DNA of 63,066 bases, the filler included, from Reticulomyxa filosa (taxonomy: Eukaryota > Protista > Foraminifera): NCBI GenBank assembly GCA_000512085.1. It is 11 parts of 11 records of this genome, joined end to end, with 100 filler letters (N's around TTAATTAATTAA, not from the genome) between each part and the next. Parts side by side here need not be neighbours in the genome. Positions count along the whole stretch, not along the records: positions 9,816 to 20,083 come from ASPP01011571.1; positions 20,184 to 26,021 come from ASPP01024521.1; positions 26,122 to 33,278 come from ASPP01020303.1; 8 more parts are not named here. One strand, given 5' to 3'. The notes below the pieces were generated by a model. It was not told where the DNA came from and searched no databases. It worked only from the letters and a program-made list of their open reading frames with translations. Position numbers and translations under genes: made by a program. Below, piece after piece: positions 17,201-30,446 of the stretch; within the stretch, counting starts at the first letter, position 1, and each line of letters starts with the position of its first letter.

Positions 17201-19857
17201 TCGTGGCCGAAAACATGGACCAAGCTACAAGGTTACTAATTCTCTTTTGTACATTCGATCTCTGATAACGCAAACACACAAAAAAAAAAAAAAAGATTGG
17301 CATTTCAAGCTGGTCAGAGATGGCGTGTCGTCACAAAGCAAGGCCAATTGATCGAACCTGTTGGTACTATGAGTGGTGGAGGTAATAAACCATTTAGTGG
17401 ATTGATGTCCAACAAGGCTGTTGAAGAAGAAGAAATAACAATTAATCGAGTGCAAGAATTAGAAAAACAAGTGGCCGATTTAACAAATAAATGTCAAGAC
17501 ATTCGAAATCGTCGCAGAACTGAACAAAACAAACTTTTGCAATTGGAAAAAGATATCGATAAAATGAAATTAGCATTACGAAAAATGAAAATGAATTTGA
17601 ACAGCTTGGTCCAAAGTCGTACTGATTTAAAGGTTTAAATTTTCTTTTTGATTAATATCTAAACCAATTTGGAGCAAAAACATTAGACACATTAAAATTT
17701 TTTTAAAAGGAACAATTGACATTGGTAACAAATGAAACGGGCGAATTAAGCAATGAAGATCAAGAAAAATTGGCCCAATTGCAGCAAGATCAAGAAAAAA
17801 TAGGAAACAATTTGAACAAAGCTCAAAATGATTGCCAGGTAATAAAATGATAAAATAATAAAATAATGAGAATAAGCGTATCTTTATTTTGTGTATAATC
17901 AATTTGATTAAAATAATTCAAACAAATAAAATAGAGTTTGGAAGCAGAAATTGAGCAGATGGAACAACAAATTTTAGATAGTGGAGGAAGTGAATTGCGA
18001 AACCAAAAAAATATAACCGATTGTTTACGATCTGATCTTGAATCCAAGAACTGTCAAATTACTAAAATGAAAGTCGAAATAGAAAAATGTCGTAAAAAAA
18101 TAGTAACAAATCGTAAAAAACAAGAGGAAATTGAAGAAGAATTGAAAAAAACAAAAGAAGAAAAGGAACAAATCAGGTCCAAAAGACAGGAATTAGTGGA
18201 ACGAGGTTTGGAGTCATTAAATCGATTTAAACAAAAAGAAAGTGAATATAAAGAGACAGAAGAGCATTTTAAATCATTAGAAGAAGTTGTCAAAACTAAA
18301 GAAGAAAAATTGACTGGACTAGCAAAGCAAGTCCTTGCTGTGAAAGAAAAATGCAAAGAATATAATGCAGAAGAGGAAAATACCAAAGCTAGAGTTAATA
18401 CACTATTATTAGTATTATTTCACAACTTTGGCTTCAATTATTCAATTATGTGTGATTTTTTTTTCTCTTTCTAAAGATATCGAAATTGAGCAAAGAATGG
18501 GAAGCATTAGCAAAACGCCATGAAAACCATAAGATCGAATATCTAGGAGAAGATACGCGAGAAGAAAATGTAGCTATCGATTCTGGTAAAGGAAAGCAAA
18601 GTAATTCGGCAGAACCTATGGAGGTAGACCCTGAAACAGTCAAACATCCAAATGACGATAGCAACACTGATACTGACACCGATAACGATGTCAAAATGAA
18701 AGATGTAAGCGAAGTCAAAGAAGAAAAACAAGAAGTGGAAGAAACAGTACATCCATGGTCCAAAAGCTCTCTGGATACGAAAGAATATTTGAATCCAACA
18801 TACATTTACAAATTAGTCTATCTTTCATTTGAACAATTGAGTCAAATATTAAGAGAGCACACAATTGAGCAGATTGACGAAGAAATGGTAGAACTAAATC
18901 AAACCACAACTAACTCCAAAGTTAATTTAAGTGCGATTGAGGCTTATCGAACCAAAGATGAAGATTATGTTCGCAGATTGCACGACTTGCAAAATTATAA
19001 AGAACAAAGAGATGCCAAACGAAAAGAATACGAAAATTTGAAAAAAGAGAGGCATGTAAACAGAGAGTGAGGTGTAAACAGAAAGAGGTGTAAACAATAA
19101 ATTGTGCAACAATATACAACATAAAATTAGACATACCATGTTTATGAATGGCTTTCAATTAATTACAACCAAATTGAAAGAAATGTATCGCATGTTGACT
19201 TGCGGCGGTGATGCTGAATTAGAACTAGTAGATAGTATTGACCCATTTAGCGAGGGAGTATCTTTCAGTGTTCGACCACCTAAAAAGTCATGGAAGAATA
19301 TCAGTAATTTGTCAGGCGGAGAAAAAACCCTTTCATCTATGGCTTTAGTATTTGCTTTGCATCAATACAAACCAACTCCGTTGTATTTTATGGATGAAAT
19401 TGACGCTGCTTTGGATTTCAAAAATGTCAGTATTGTGGCCAATTATGTCAAGTCACGAACTAAAGATGCACAATTTGTAGTAATATCTTTGCGTAACAAT
19501 ATGTTTGAATTGGCAAATCAATTGGTTGGTATTTACAAAACCCACGATTGCAGCAAATCAATTACCATTGATCCAAAAAGATTTCACTTGCCTTTCATGA
19601 ATCAAAACGAAAATGGCTCTAATCCACTTACACAACCTCCTGTAGCTACCACTCAAATTGTTTCAACTCCTCGGAGTGGTGCACAAAAGTCCTTTACAAC
19701 TCCATATGCCAAGTTAAAGTGCAACATACTATTTTTTTCTTTTTTTCTACTCATAAAATTATTTGACTAAAATAGGAGCAAGATGTTCCATACTGCAACC
19801 AAGAAAGGAGGTGATGATATGCAAACTGAAGTTGATTTGTTGTCTGGGGCAATTTAA
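14295..19857 (+). CDS. SMC4: Condensin subunit SMC4, multi-exon
   Basis: N-terminal LENFKSY and VGPNGSGKSNVIDALLFVFG; RFLILQGEVESISLMKPK; EDGLLEYLEDIIG; hinge RLGDLGSID and AFYYAFRDTLVA, GTMSGGG; C-terminal LSGGEKTLSSMALVFALHQYKPTPLYFMDEIDAALD. Confidence 0.97.
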
Positions 19858-20197
19858 TTTTTTTTTATCGGATTATTTACAAATTTTGTTATTCATATAA
19901 CTCTCCATAATTTTTTTAACTTAACTGAATCTGATATATCTCAAGTATTTCGATCTGCAAATACTTTTTAAAATTTTTGATATGGTAAATTGAGATTTGC
20001 TACTAAGGTGGTATCTTCTAATCAGGGACTACCAAAAGCAAATAACGGCCAAAAAGAAATTTAAGAATCAGTCATGATGTTAGNNNNNNNNNNNNNNNNN
20101 NNNNNNNNNNNNNNNNNNNNNNNNNNNTTAATTAATTAANNNNNNNNNNNNNNNNNNNNNNNNNNNNNNNNNNNNNNNNNNNNAAAAAAAAAAAAAA

Positions 20198-21469
20198 GAT
20201 GTGGATATGAGTCGACTGATGTCGAAATGGTACGGCGATAGTCAGAAATATATAAGTGCGTTGTTTTCATTAGCGAAAAAAATGGCGCCGTCGATAGTTT
20301 GGATTGACGAGATTGACGCGCTGTTTTCGCAACGAAGTCGTAATGATCATCAAGCGGATGTGTACAACAAAGCCTTGTTTTTGTCGCTATGGGATGGACT
20401 GGCTTCGCCGACAACCTCCATCAGCGATGACATCCAATCCTCTTCGTTGGGTGAAGATGAAGACTATTCCGATGGCAATGGCGGATCGCAGGTTATTATA
20501 CTTGGAGCCACGAATCGACCACATGAAGTTGACGAAGCTTTTCTGCGGAGAATGGGACGTCAATATGAGTTTGAAATGCCGGATAAAAAAACGAGGAGAC
20601 TCATTTTGTATATTTTATTGCAATATGAACAATATGATGCCACTATTAATTTGGATACTTTGGCTGAGAACACTGATCAATATTCTGGTTTGTTTTTTAT
20701 TTTTTTGAAGCAAAAAAAAAAAAAAAAAAAAAAACTGAGATTATGCATATATGGATATCGATGGATATAAAGCGTTTTCTGTTATGTAACATCACTTCTC
20801 CCTTTATACATACAGGCTCCGATTTAAAAGAACTATGTAAGTATGCAGCGACACTGCCACTGCGAGAGTACGTTCGAAATAAAAAGGTCGAAAATCAAGA
20901 TGAAAACAAAGTGCCATTTGTGAGTGACATTCTCGATGACGAAAGCAATATTAAAATTGATGAGGACTCCATACCTACCGCCACTGCCGGCGAAGAACAG
21001 CACGAGAGTAATATGGCTGACAACAGCAAGGATAGTTGGAAATCATGGTATAATATAACTCCTGACTTCCTTTCCAGAAAAAGTAACGATAACAATCACT
21101 CCAAAAGTGAACGAGCAATGGATCATTACACCAATCGTATTCGTAGCTCTACTGTCAAATTGAGACCTATTTCTATGAAGGATTTCAATCAGGCATTAGA
21201 ACACATCAAATCTACTTTAAAAGCACATAAACAGCACGAATCTAAATTTGGACAACCATCCTCGCTTTTGAATTTGTGGGGATCCACTGCTGGATTGACC
21301 AACATCCCTACTTCTACTTCTTCACCGAAAAAAGTTATATCTTTGGAGAGAAAAAGCATGGATGTTTTTATTACTTTTGTTTACTTTTGTTATTATAACA
21401 GTCCGAAAAAAGACCGTCTAACAGTACAAGCAAAGCCAGCAATACTAATGATACACTTCCTTTGGATTA
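20198..21469 (+). CDS. ATAD1: Msp1/ATAD1-like AAA+ ATPase, 5'-truncated at the linker
   Basis: SKWYGDSQK pore loop, SIVWIDEID (Walker B), FLSLWDGL, ILGATNRP..VDEAFLRR, YSGSDLKELC after splicing. KWYG and LWDGL are typical of Msp1/ATAD1. Confidence 0.8.
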
Positions 21470-21922
21470 GTAAAATTGGAGGAAAAGAGAAGAAAAAAAA
21501 AAGCAATATTTGTAAAAAAACTCTGTGTCTCCAACCTTTTACGGTCAAGTTTATCATCAACCAAATGTTCACTGTTTTTCTCTTTTTCAAACAAAGCATG
21601 TCGCACAAATAAGTCCTTTTCGTTACATTTGAGAGGATTCTTCCTGAAATTTACTTTCTGAACTTTTATTTTTAAAAGTTTCTGCCGAAAATATTTTCCT
21701 TTTCTTTCAACTCAAAGCTAATCTTTTTTTTGGCAGGATATCAATGTAAGGTAGTTGCATATGTACAATATTTTTACTGAAAACAAGAAAAATTTTCATT
21801 AAATCTTCTTTCGAGTTGAAATGCCAGATGAGTGCAAAGCCAAAAAAAACCGACGAGCAATAAAAAAAAGTTTAAAAAAAGAAAATTTACAAAGAAAAAA
21901 AGAGAAACTTTTTGCATAAAAC

Positions 21923-23451
21923 TTACAAGTAACCGGCATTTGCAAGTTTATTTTTAATCAAATCCAATTGGATATCTTTTAACAATCCTTCCATCAAATC
22001 AGTATCCAATGCCGTAGTACAATGATAGTGTAACTCAGGAAATGAGCCAATATCTGCTTTTTCGCAATGTTCGTTGTAGATAACTTGATATCGTGCAAAT
22101 AACCAATCACATACAATCCTAGGATTGTAAGAATCCAAATTTTCTGGAAAATCAGGGAAGCAGCTTGATATTGGAATTGTTAATAGTTTTTCTTGAAAAA
22201 GATCTAAAAGATTTTTTTTTGCGTACTCATAATATGACGTGTAACATTAGACTATACAAAAAATAACAACACCAAAAAATAATAGAGCCCATACCAAATT
22301 TATTAAAAAAAATGACACAAGTTTTGCCAACGATAAACCCAGTCTTCATTACTTCTACAAATAAATCATAAGCTTCGTCTAATCTCCTTACTTTATTATC
22401 TTCAAATAGCATCTGTCCACGCCAAAAAATAGAGGCACGACAAAAAAATAGTGTCAAATGTGCGTGCTTAAATGACAGATGTTTTTAAGTAAAAAAAAAT
22501 ATATGTATGTATAAAATTAAAACCATGTCATATTCCGAAATGGCCAAAACATATAGAACGGCATTGATTTTGGAAGTGTCTAAAGAAAGCCATTTCCTGC
22601 GCTCGGACCTTTGCCCTCCAACGTCAGTGAGTTCGATAATGTACTTCTTTTTGTCAATCATTGACACAAAGCGTTCGGACGCAAAGCCTGTCGTGCGAAA
22701 TCGGAATCGGATATAATCATCAAATGAAGGCACATAATCTGTTTTCGAAATCTCTCGAATTTTATCCAAAAAATAGGCAACATTATCCGGTAGTTGATAC
22801 AACGCACGGTATTCAAGCGTCTTTTTAAATCCTTCCTGTACATTAAAAACAAATTGTAAAAGGGGCAAGGAAAAAAAAAAAAAACAGACTCATAACAATA
22901 CAAAGAAAAGACTCTTAACATCGTTCCAAAGTTTTTCAATCTTTTCAACAGTGTCTTCGCTTAAGACAGGCTTTTGTTTGTAATTTGCAAATTCATCTCG
23001 AATATCATACAATGATTTATCTACATCAGTTTCTAACTTGTAGTTAAGGTGCAACAATATACTTTGGTTGCACAGGATGTTCACGTATGAAAATATTGTC
23101 TGTTGTCATCATTGCATATTCAATTTTTTTTTTTTTTGGATAGACTTTGTATACGTACTTTTTTTTTTAGAATGCCTCAACTTCGTGCATTAGAACTGAA
23201 ACCCCGCTTTTTTCATGGTCCGCCATACCATACATTTTTTTCATTTGTTTTAATACTGTTGTTTTGCCACTATCTCCTGGTCCTAACAAAAATATTTGTA
23301 ACAAATTGTCGATTTCTTTGGCTTCTTGTCGAAGATGTTTATTGATTTGTGCATCGGGGTCTGACTTTTCACGCTGTTAAGACCCCCCAACAACAATAAC
23401 ATTTTGAATAAAAAAACAAAACAGTCTTGTAACTGAGCAACATGTTCCCAT
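21923..23451 (-). CDS. Heterotrimeric G-protein alpha subunit, multi-exon
   Basis: First mini-exon MGTCCS (myristoyl/palmitoyl motif); G1 LLGPGDSGKTT, G2 RFRTTG, G3 DVGGQRSERRKW, G4 FFNK, G5 CTTALDT; ends AGYL*. Confidence 0.92.
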
Positions 23452-23721
23452 CTGTTTATTAATGAGTGGTACTCTATATCAAATGAGAAAAATTGAATTG
23501 TGATTGCAATTAACCTTTAGGGTCTGCTCCTGTAACAAAAATTCTTTGAAAAAAATTTCATTTTTTAAAAACACAGCAACAAATTGAATTTGGATCAGAC
23601 ATTGCAAAGCTATTATAGATATCTTGTAAAATTGATTTTAGTTATTTATTTACCATATTGTTTTTACAAATTCTCTCTGAAACATAAGCCGACGTTTTAT
23701 AAAGACGGGACACCTATTGTT

Positions 23722-25998
23722 TCAACTCATTAAATTTTGATTATATATAGTGACTAAGTCAGCAGCAACAACAACTTGTAGATTTTGAGGAACAAACGCT
23801 CTTCTCAATTCCTCAGGAAATGGAATAGTTAATTCAACACCAGTGATAACATTGGTATTTGGATCGACATTGATATAGCTGTATTTTTTGTAATTCATTG
23901 CGAACACTTGAAAAGATGATCTTTCATAAAGCAGAACCGTCAACGTATGTTTGTCTGCAGTGAAAGAAAGAAGTCCAGTGTTGGTTAGTGCCAGTTTCAC
24001 AACAAGAGTGTCTTGCAACGACAACGATCCATTGGCAAATTTTTTGGAATAAAATTGGACGAGAGTTTCACTGTCTACAAGCAGGTCATTTATTAATGTT
24101 TTATTGTTATAAACACCGCTGTACATACTTCCAAACATTGTCCCAACGGATAAGAATTGATGTTCATCGTTGCAAAATCCAGCGAGCAACAGTTCCCAAT
24201 CCAATAAATATTGACTTTCGCAATCCAACAAACCCAGCATTGAGGTTTCCGAGCCTGTTAGAGGGGGGAAGCAAAATAAGTCATATAAATATAACTACAA
24301 AAAAAGCAAATGCATATATGTACATATATGTATGTATACATAAATAATTAAAGTATTGTGACCTTCAAAAAAGAAGTTGGAAGCAATTCGAAATTCATTG
24401 ATTGGCATAATGGGTCCTCCAGTGACTAAGTACATATCATACCCTTCCAAAATGAAGCTATTTCCATTGTATCGAATGTTGAATGGCATGACAGTCAACG
24501 AAGAGGTGGTGAGTACTAACGAGCTGCTTCCTGACTGTCTCCGGTTTCATTGACGCCCAACAACAGACCAATTGCGTGGTTTTGATCGCCATTGTCGACA
24601 GCGACGATCGAGATCAAGAGATCAACACTTTCAAAACCAATTTGATTTAACGACACAATAATGGGGGGTATCAATGGCGACATGTAATACAAATGCCAGG
24701 CCTGATAGACGGCCACGTCAAAGGCACTTGTATCCGTACGTGTGGAGAACGTGAAGGTTGTGTTCACAGAATGTTTGACGGTGTCGTCCGGACTGATGAT
24801 ATAATAAGCGAATATCGTTAGGGTAAACGTAGTCCCACTGGGCAACAGAGACAATGGGATCAGATTTAAGTAGGTCTTTGGTCTCGTCGTCAACGATATC
24901 CCAAAGTCATAATTCACCGTTATCAATACATTGGACTCACTGATGAACATTGCATTGGCACTCTCGCCGTTGTTGCGCACTACCAACTCAAACGTCAATA
25001 CACTTCCACGCTCGATCGACATGTATTTGCTAATATTTGTGTCGAATATGTATTCGCCATTTGGACTCACGTAATAGAGTTGATTGATCGAGTCTGGCAC
25101 ATTCGAGTTTGGATTCATGTCGCATCGATTGTCTTTATTTTTTGTTATTATGTTTCAACAAAACTTTGGACTTTGAGTTTTTTTTTTTTTTTTTTTTGGC
25201 ATCAATCAAAAGTCACAATGTTTATTATATATATACATATATATATGTATATATATATATACGCGTCTTCTACGCATACCAGTTGCATAATTGAATGAGC
25301 AGTAATGAAACGGAATATTCCAGATATTTCCTCCAAACGAACCAATGACCGCAGAATAGTTGCTCAAACAAGGCGACGAGTTCAATTGGAACAACCCACT
25401 CAAAGTCGTATTGAAAGACCATACCCTTTGGCCATTGCTCGCATTAATTGCATATAGCCAACCGTCACTGGCACCGAATAATACCACATTGTCATACGTC
25501 ACCGACGGAGACGAGCGGATAGGAGACAACACCACAAATTCCCACAACAATTCACCTTTGTCCAATCAATCACAAACGTGTGCATAACACATACGCATAA
25601 TATTTGTGTGCATGTGCGTGCATGTTTTGTTTGACCGTACCATTGGCCAGGTCGAGTGCATACAAAGTGCCATCAGTGGAAGGAATCAAAACGGTGCGAT
25701 TATCCCAAGACAATGCAGGCGACGCATAAATATGATCTCGTGTCTGGAACGACCACATCACGCGGCCGTCATACTTATTCAAGGAATATACACGTCCATC
25801 CCAAGACCCCACAATGACCATGTTCCCATACGTCAATGGAGTGGAACTAATCAGTCCATGCAAATACGTCCACCATTTGCACTCTCCCGTGTTTGCATCC
25901 GCAGCAAACATCAACATGCTCAGACTCCCAAATATCACTTGGTTGAATTCGGAGTCATATACACTTTGTGTCCACACGTCCCCTTGGATCAAAGGACC
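23722..25998 (-). CDS. PQQ/BamB-like beta-propeller repeat protein with a long C-terminal extension, 5'-truncated at the linker
   Basis: Repeats of 'SSP..(Y/W)..V.(F/V)G(S/A).DG.(L/V)YA(L/I)....G...W.F' in ORFs 25570-25992 and 25206-25565; downstream exons at 24516-25118, ~24355-24512 and 23722-24255. Confidence 0.8.
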
Positions 25999-26189
25999 TC
26001 TTTTTTTTTTTTTTTTTTTTTNNNNNNNNNNNNNNNNNNNNNNNNNNNNNNNNNNNNNNNNNNNNTTAATTAATTAANNNNNNNNNNNNNNNNNNNNNNN
26101 NNNNNNNNNNNNNNNNNNNNNTTTTTTTTTTTTTTTTGGTTAGTCGAAAATAGAAGAGTTAAAATTGAATCGTTTTGTTTTGAAAATAG

Positions 26190-27007
26190 ATTGACTTTTG
26201 TCTAGTAGATATGGGGCCGTCCATTGGCGAATTGAACAAATCGTTGTTTTGGAGTAGCGACTATTTTTTGATCCCGTGCTCTCCAGATTCGTATTGTAAA
26301 ACGACCATGAAAACCATGGAACGCACGTTACCTTTGTGGACGGAGCAACAAATGCGTTTGGCGGAAGTGACCAAAGACATGGTTAAGTAGTTTGTGTCGA
26401 TGGCACACATTTGCACATGAACAAAAAAAAAAAAAAAAAAAAAGTTGAATTTGGGAATTGCTTTGTGAACAACAGACAATGCCTTTGAATCCTGAGCCTC
26501 CAAAGTTTTTGGGAATTTTAATGGGGCTGTTCCAAACATCTGGAAAAGATAAAAATCCAATCAAAGACTCGCAACATTGGATGGACATAATTAAAACAAC
26601 TGTGAAATCAGAACTGGTCCCCGCTTTGAAAAAGTATAACATGGTTCACAGCTACGCGCCTGAAGACTACACCTTGGCCGAAATCCCCAATTTCTTGGCT
26701 CTCATGCCTATTGCACAAAGGGCACATGCCCCTGTGTTTGATATCCCCGACAATGCTTTTGTCGTTCAAGACGAGGATGGGGAACTTTCAATGCTGCCCA
26801 AATCGGAGGTTACAAGACATCAGGTATGATCGTTTTTTGCTTTCATTGTTTCTATTGAGTGCTTGATGGAGGAAATAATTTTTAACTTGATAGGAACGAG
26901 CTACGTATTTTTTTGAAAAATATGATGGACTTGCAAATGTGCTGGTAAATATGTTCAATGCGGAAGATAACGAAGAGACTGAGAACACGTTTACTCAAGT
27001 CGATTAG
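26190..27007 (+). CDS. ParA/Soj-family (SIMIBI) ATPase, C-terminal half; exons 26190-26381, 26476-26823, 26894-27007; 5'-truncated
   Basis: Hand translation: IDFCLVDMGPSIGELNKSLFWSSDYFLIPCSPDSYC...PPKFLGILM...YTLAEIPNFLALMPIAQRAHAPVF. This matches the ParA Walker B 'DhhhhD.PS' and the following 'SD.hhhP' strand. Two in-frame GT-AG introns. Confidence 0.8.
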
Positions 27008-27288
27008 ACATACTATTTTGTCAATTTTACCAGTAGTGTGGATAATGTAGGGCTGTGGCGTTGTTTATTTTGTTTACTTTTAATTTTTTTTCTTATTTAA
27101 CAAATCTTCAAGTAAAGTAATCTTCTTGCGAAAAATATAATTTTTTTTTCACGATGATCCAATTAAAACAGAAATGACAGAGTGGAGTCAAAAAAATTAA
27201 GTGATCTACATTTAAACAAAGCAAAGACATTTGTTATTGGTCATTAAATAAAATGGACCAATTGTTTTGTTTTGGCAGACTTGCTTTC

Positions 27289-30200
27289 TCAAATAATGAT
27301 TTGTCGGGTCACAGGTTTGCGTATATGTCTAATATTGGCACCCAAAGGAGTGGGCTTGAAAGGGGGATGCCCGCCGTACGGTTTTGGAATGGCAATGTCT
27401 GACGCAATGTAATCAGTAGGACGAGGCTCGCATGTGGTCTCAAGCAGCTTGGATTCATCCCATTCATGTGACGGATTGTTGAGTAATTCTTCTCGAATGA
27501 TTCTGTCTCTTTCTTTTTTGTCCCACTCCATTAATGCTTCTGGAAATGGAGGACTTCCCTCGAGTAGCAGTTGTTTGCCTTGCATCAATTTGTGTGTGAG
27601 ATTTTCTTTTTCGGTTTCCAGCTTGAGTGCGGTGGCTTGATACATCGCCAGCTCGGATACTCCCGCCATTATCTTGCGATTGTACCTGTTAACTTGGCAT
27701 TGTAACTCGTTCATTTTTTGAGCCAATGCTAAAATAACGTCTTGTCCAGAACATGCGTGTGCTTGGAGCTTCTCTGTCAATTGTGAGACTTCTGCAAGAA
27801 TCAGCTCTTTTTCTAACAGCTTTTCTTCTCCACAAGCCAAATGCACTGTTAACATTGTTATCTGTGATTCTAATTGTCCAATATTGCTGTCTGTTCCCGG
27901 AAGTTTCTGTGACATTTTTTTTTGGTTTGTTTGTTTTGATTTGTCGATTATATTAATAAGATTTTTTTTTTTTTTTTTTTTACACACTCCAAACTCTGAA
28001 GCGTGCAGGGTTGATAGGAGGATGCTTGCTGTCTAATTGAAAAGATAAATCCAAAACAATTTTTTACTACCGTTCAATTGGAACTTCAAATCGCTGAGTC
28101 TTTTCGTAAATTGGCGCTGTATTTCATCACATGGCATTTTTTGTCTTAAAATCTCCAAGGATCTTTTGGAATCAGATAACTCCAACTTTAATCGTTTGTA
28201 TTCGTTTTGTTTTGTTTGAATAATCTCAGTTGAAGTTTGCAACGATATTTCCATTACGTGTTGTTTTTCAAATAAAATGCACAATTCATCATTTCGATCG
28301 ATCAGTTGCACTCCTGTTGCATTTCTGTCCTTCACAGAGTTTGCGTAGCTTCGTTGCATTGTTTCCATCTCATGGTTGTTGCAGTTGATAGCAACTTCCA
28401 ACTTGCTAATGTCCATTTCATAGCGCTTTATCTCACATTGCACTTTATTGAAATTGGTTGTGCATTGATTCAGTTCATAGCGCAACTGATCCCGTGAATG
28501 TTGCGTTTGTTGCAAAAGTTTGCGTTCATCTGTCAATTCCAACTCTTTTGAAGCTGCTTTATTTTTCATTGTTTCCAGTTCGTTTGTGACTATTGTTATT
28601 TTTTCTTTCATTTCGTTCAATGCCTCATTGGTATTTTGTACCAAGTTGGCATAGCGGTTTCGACTGCTCCTTATCACTTCATAACTTTTTCGGGTCATTT
28701 TCAATTCAATTGACAAAACATTCAATTTTTTAGTTAAATCCATGCTTAAAATTTCTTTTAGTTTTATTCGCGATTGCATTGCATGGCACTCTGCTTTTAA
28801 TTTCGATTGTTGAGCAACACATTTTTGTTTTTCTAAGTTTAATTTCCTTTTTTTTTTTTTTTATTCGATGTTGTTTTTTTTGTTTTACAATCACAAAAAA
28901 AATTTTTAAAATAATATTATATTTTAAAAAGTGAAAAATAAAAAAAAACCTCAATTTATTTTTCAATTGTTTCTCGGTTGTTTGATTGCCGGCAATTGTT
29001 TTTTCTCGATCTTTGCATACTTGTTGCAGTGACAGCAACTTATTTTTATGCTCAGTTTCATCCTTTTCTTGTGCCAAATACTGTGTCATGAATACTTCAA
29101 TATCTTGTTGCTGAGTTTGCATTTGTTCAACACACAACTTTCGTTGTAGTCGTAAATCCTTCAGTTTTTTCACGCTTCGCTCACATTCTTCTTTTAACGG
29201 GAGCAAAAGCGTACGGATGGACTCTTTTTTGCTTTTCAGTAATTCATATTTTTTCCGACTGTCTTCAAATATTCGATTCAGTTTTGATGTGATCTCTGCT
29301 TCATGTTTTGCTGCATTTTTTTTTTCATTCCATTCAATGGTCAGTTGCAATCTTGTCTCTTCTGCGTCCTCAATCCATTTTTTTTTTTCGCACGTACTCC
29401 ATTCTTCAATTCACTCCACTCTTTTTTATAAAACAAGTTTAGAGGTACTCCCAAACTTGTGCTTACTGTGCTCCACACGCTTTTTAAGATCATCCATTTC
29501 TTTTTCTTTTACATCAATTGCATTGCGCAGCTTGGAAAGTTTTCTTGACAAATCGTGGCGAATATCGTTCTTTTCATTCCGCTTCTTTCTAGTTTCTTCT
29601 ATTTTTGTGCTCGTGTCACGGATGTTAGACTCCATTTCTTGGATATTTTCTGTTAGTCCTTGCAACGTGTGGGTCGACATTTGACATTGAATCTCTAAAC
29701 GCTCTGGGGAGTTTTTATACTTGGTCAATTTTTGTCTTTGGCGCAACTTTACCTGCTCCAGTTCTAGAAGTTCGTTCTCACATTTTGAAAGTCTTTCTTG
29801 GTATTTTTGATAAATTTTATTCTCTTTGTCTTTCTTTGTGAGATTTTATATCAAATATGAGATGAGATCAACAAAACAAACAACTATTTTTAGTGGAGAA
29901 AGAATTATTTTTAAATGATCAAACTTTGGTCTCCCTACCGTCCTCTCCTCTTACTCTTTTCTTTCAAAACTGCTTCGCTTGCACTTTCAACATCACTGTC
30001 AAGTTGTGTAATCTCTTGTTTGTACTTTTCAATCTCTGGTGCTAAAAATTTTTCATTTTCTTTTTTTTTTCTGAAATTTCAGATTGCATTTCTTGCATTT
30101 GTTGCTTCATCATTTGAACTTCCATTTCACACATATCAATGCTTTGTTCCAGTTGTTGACTGTCTTGTACTGCTTTTTCCAATTCTGTTTTCATTGATTC

Positions 30201-30446
30201 TAGTTTTTGTTCATCCGTATTCAGTTGTTCACTACAATTTTGTACTTCATCTTCATTTTGTTTAACTTTATCGGTTAATTCATGCCATTTTTCTGTTAGT
30301 GACTTTTCATTATCAACGCTTTGCACAATCAATTCGTGCAATTTTTCAAATTTGCATCTCAGATCTTTGATTATATCCGGTGAAATCTCACCTGCATTTT
30401 CCAAAATTTGGAGTATTTCGAATCCATGTGAAGAATCAACATCCAT
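27289..30446 (-). CDS. CCDC146: CCDC146 / MBO2 axonemal coiled-coil protein, multi-exon
   Basis: Long coiled coil with 'RNATGVQLIDRNDELCILFEK', 'MAGVSELAMYQATALKL' and the C-terminal 'EPRPTDYI...IPKPYGGHPPFKPTPLGANIRHIRKP', which I recognise as CCDC146 signatures. Confidence 0.88.

Noticed and set aside
14292-19770. Fragmented ORFs suggesting an alternative genetic code or stop readthrough
   Set aside because: The breaks are explained by GT-AG introns and homopolymer indels, and genes end at standard TAA/TAG/TGA.
23722-27007. PQQ-propeller and ParA as a divergent bacterial-derived gene cluster
   Set aside because: They are separated by an artificial linker (26022-26121), so adjacency is unsupported.
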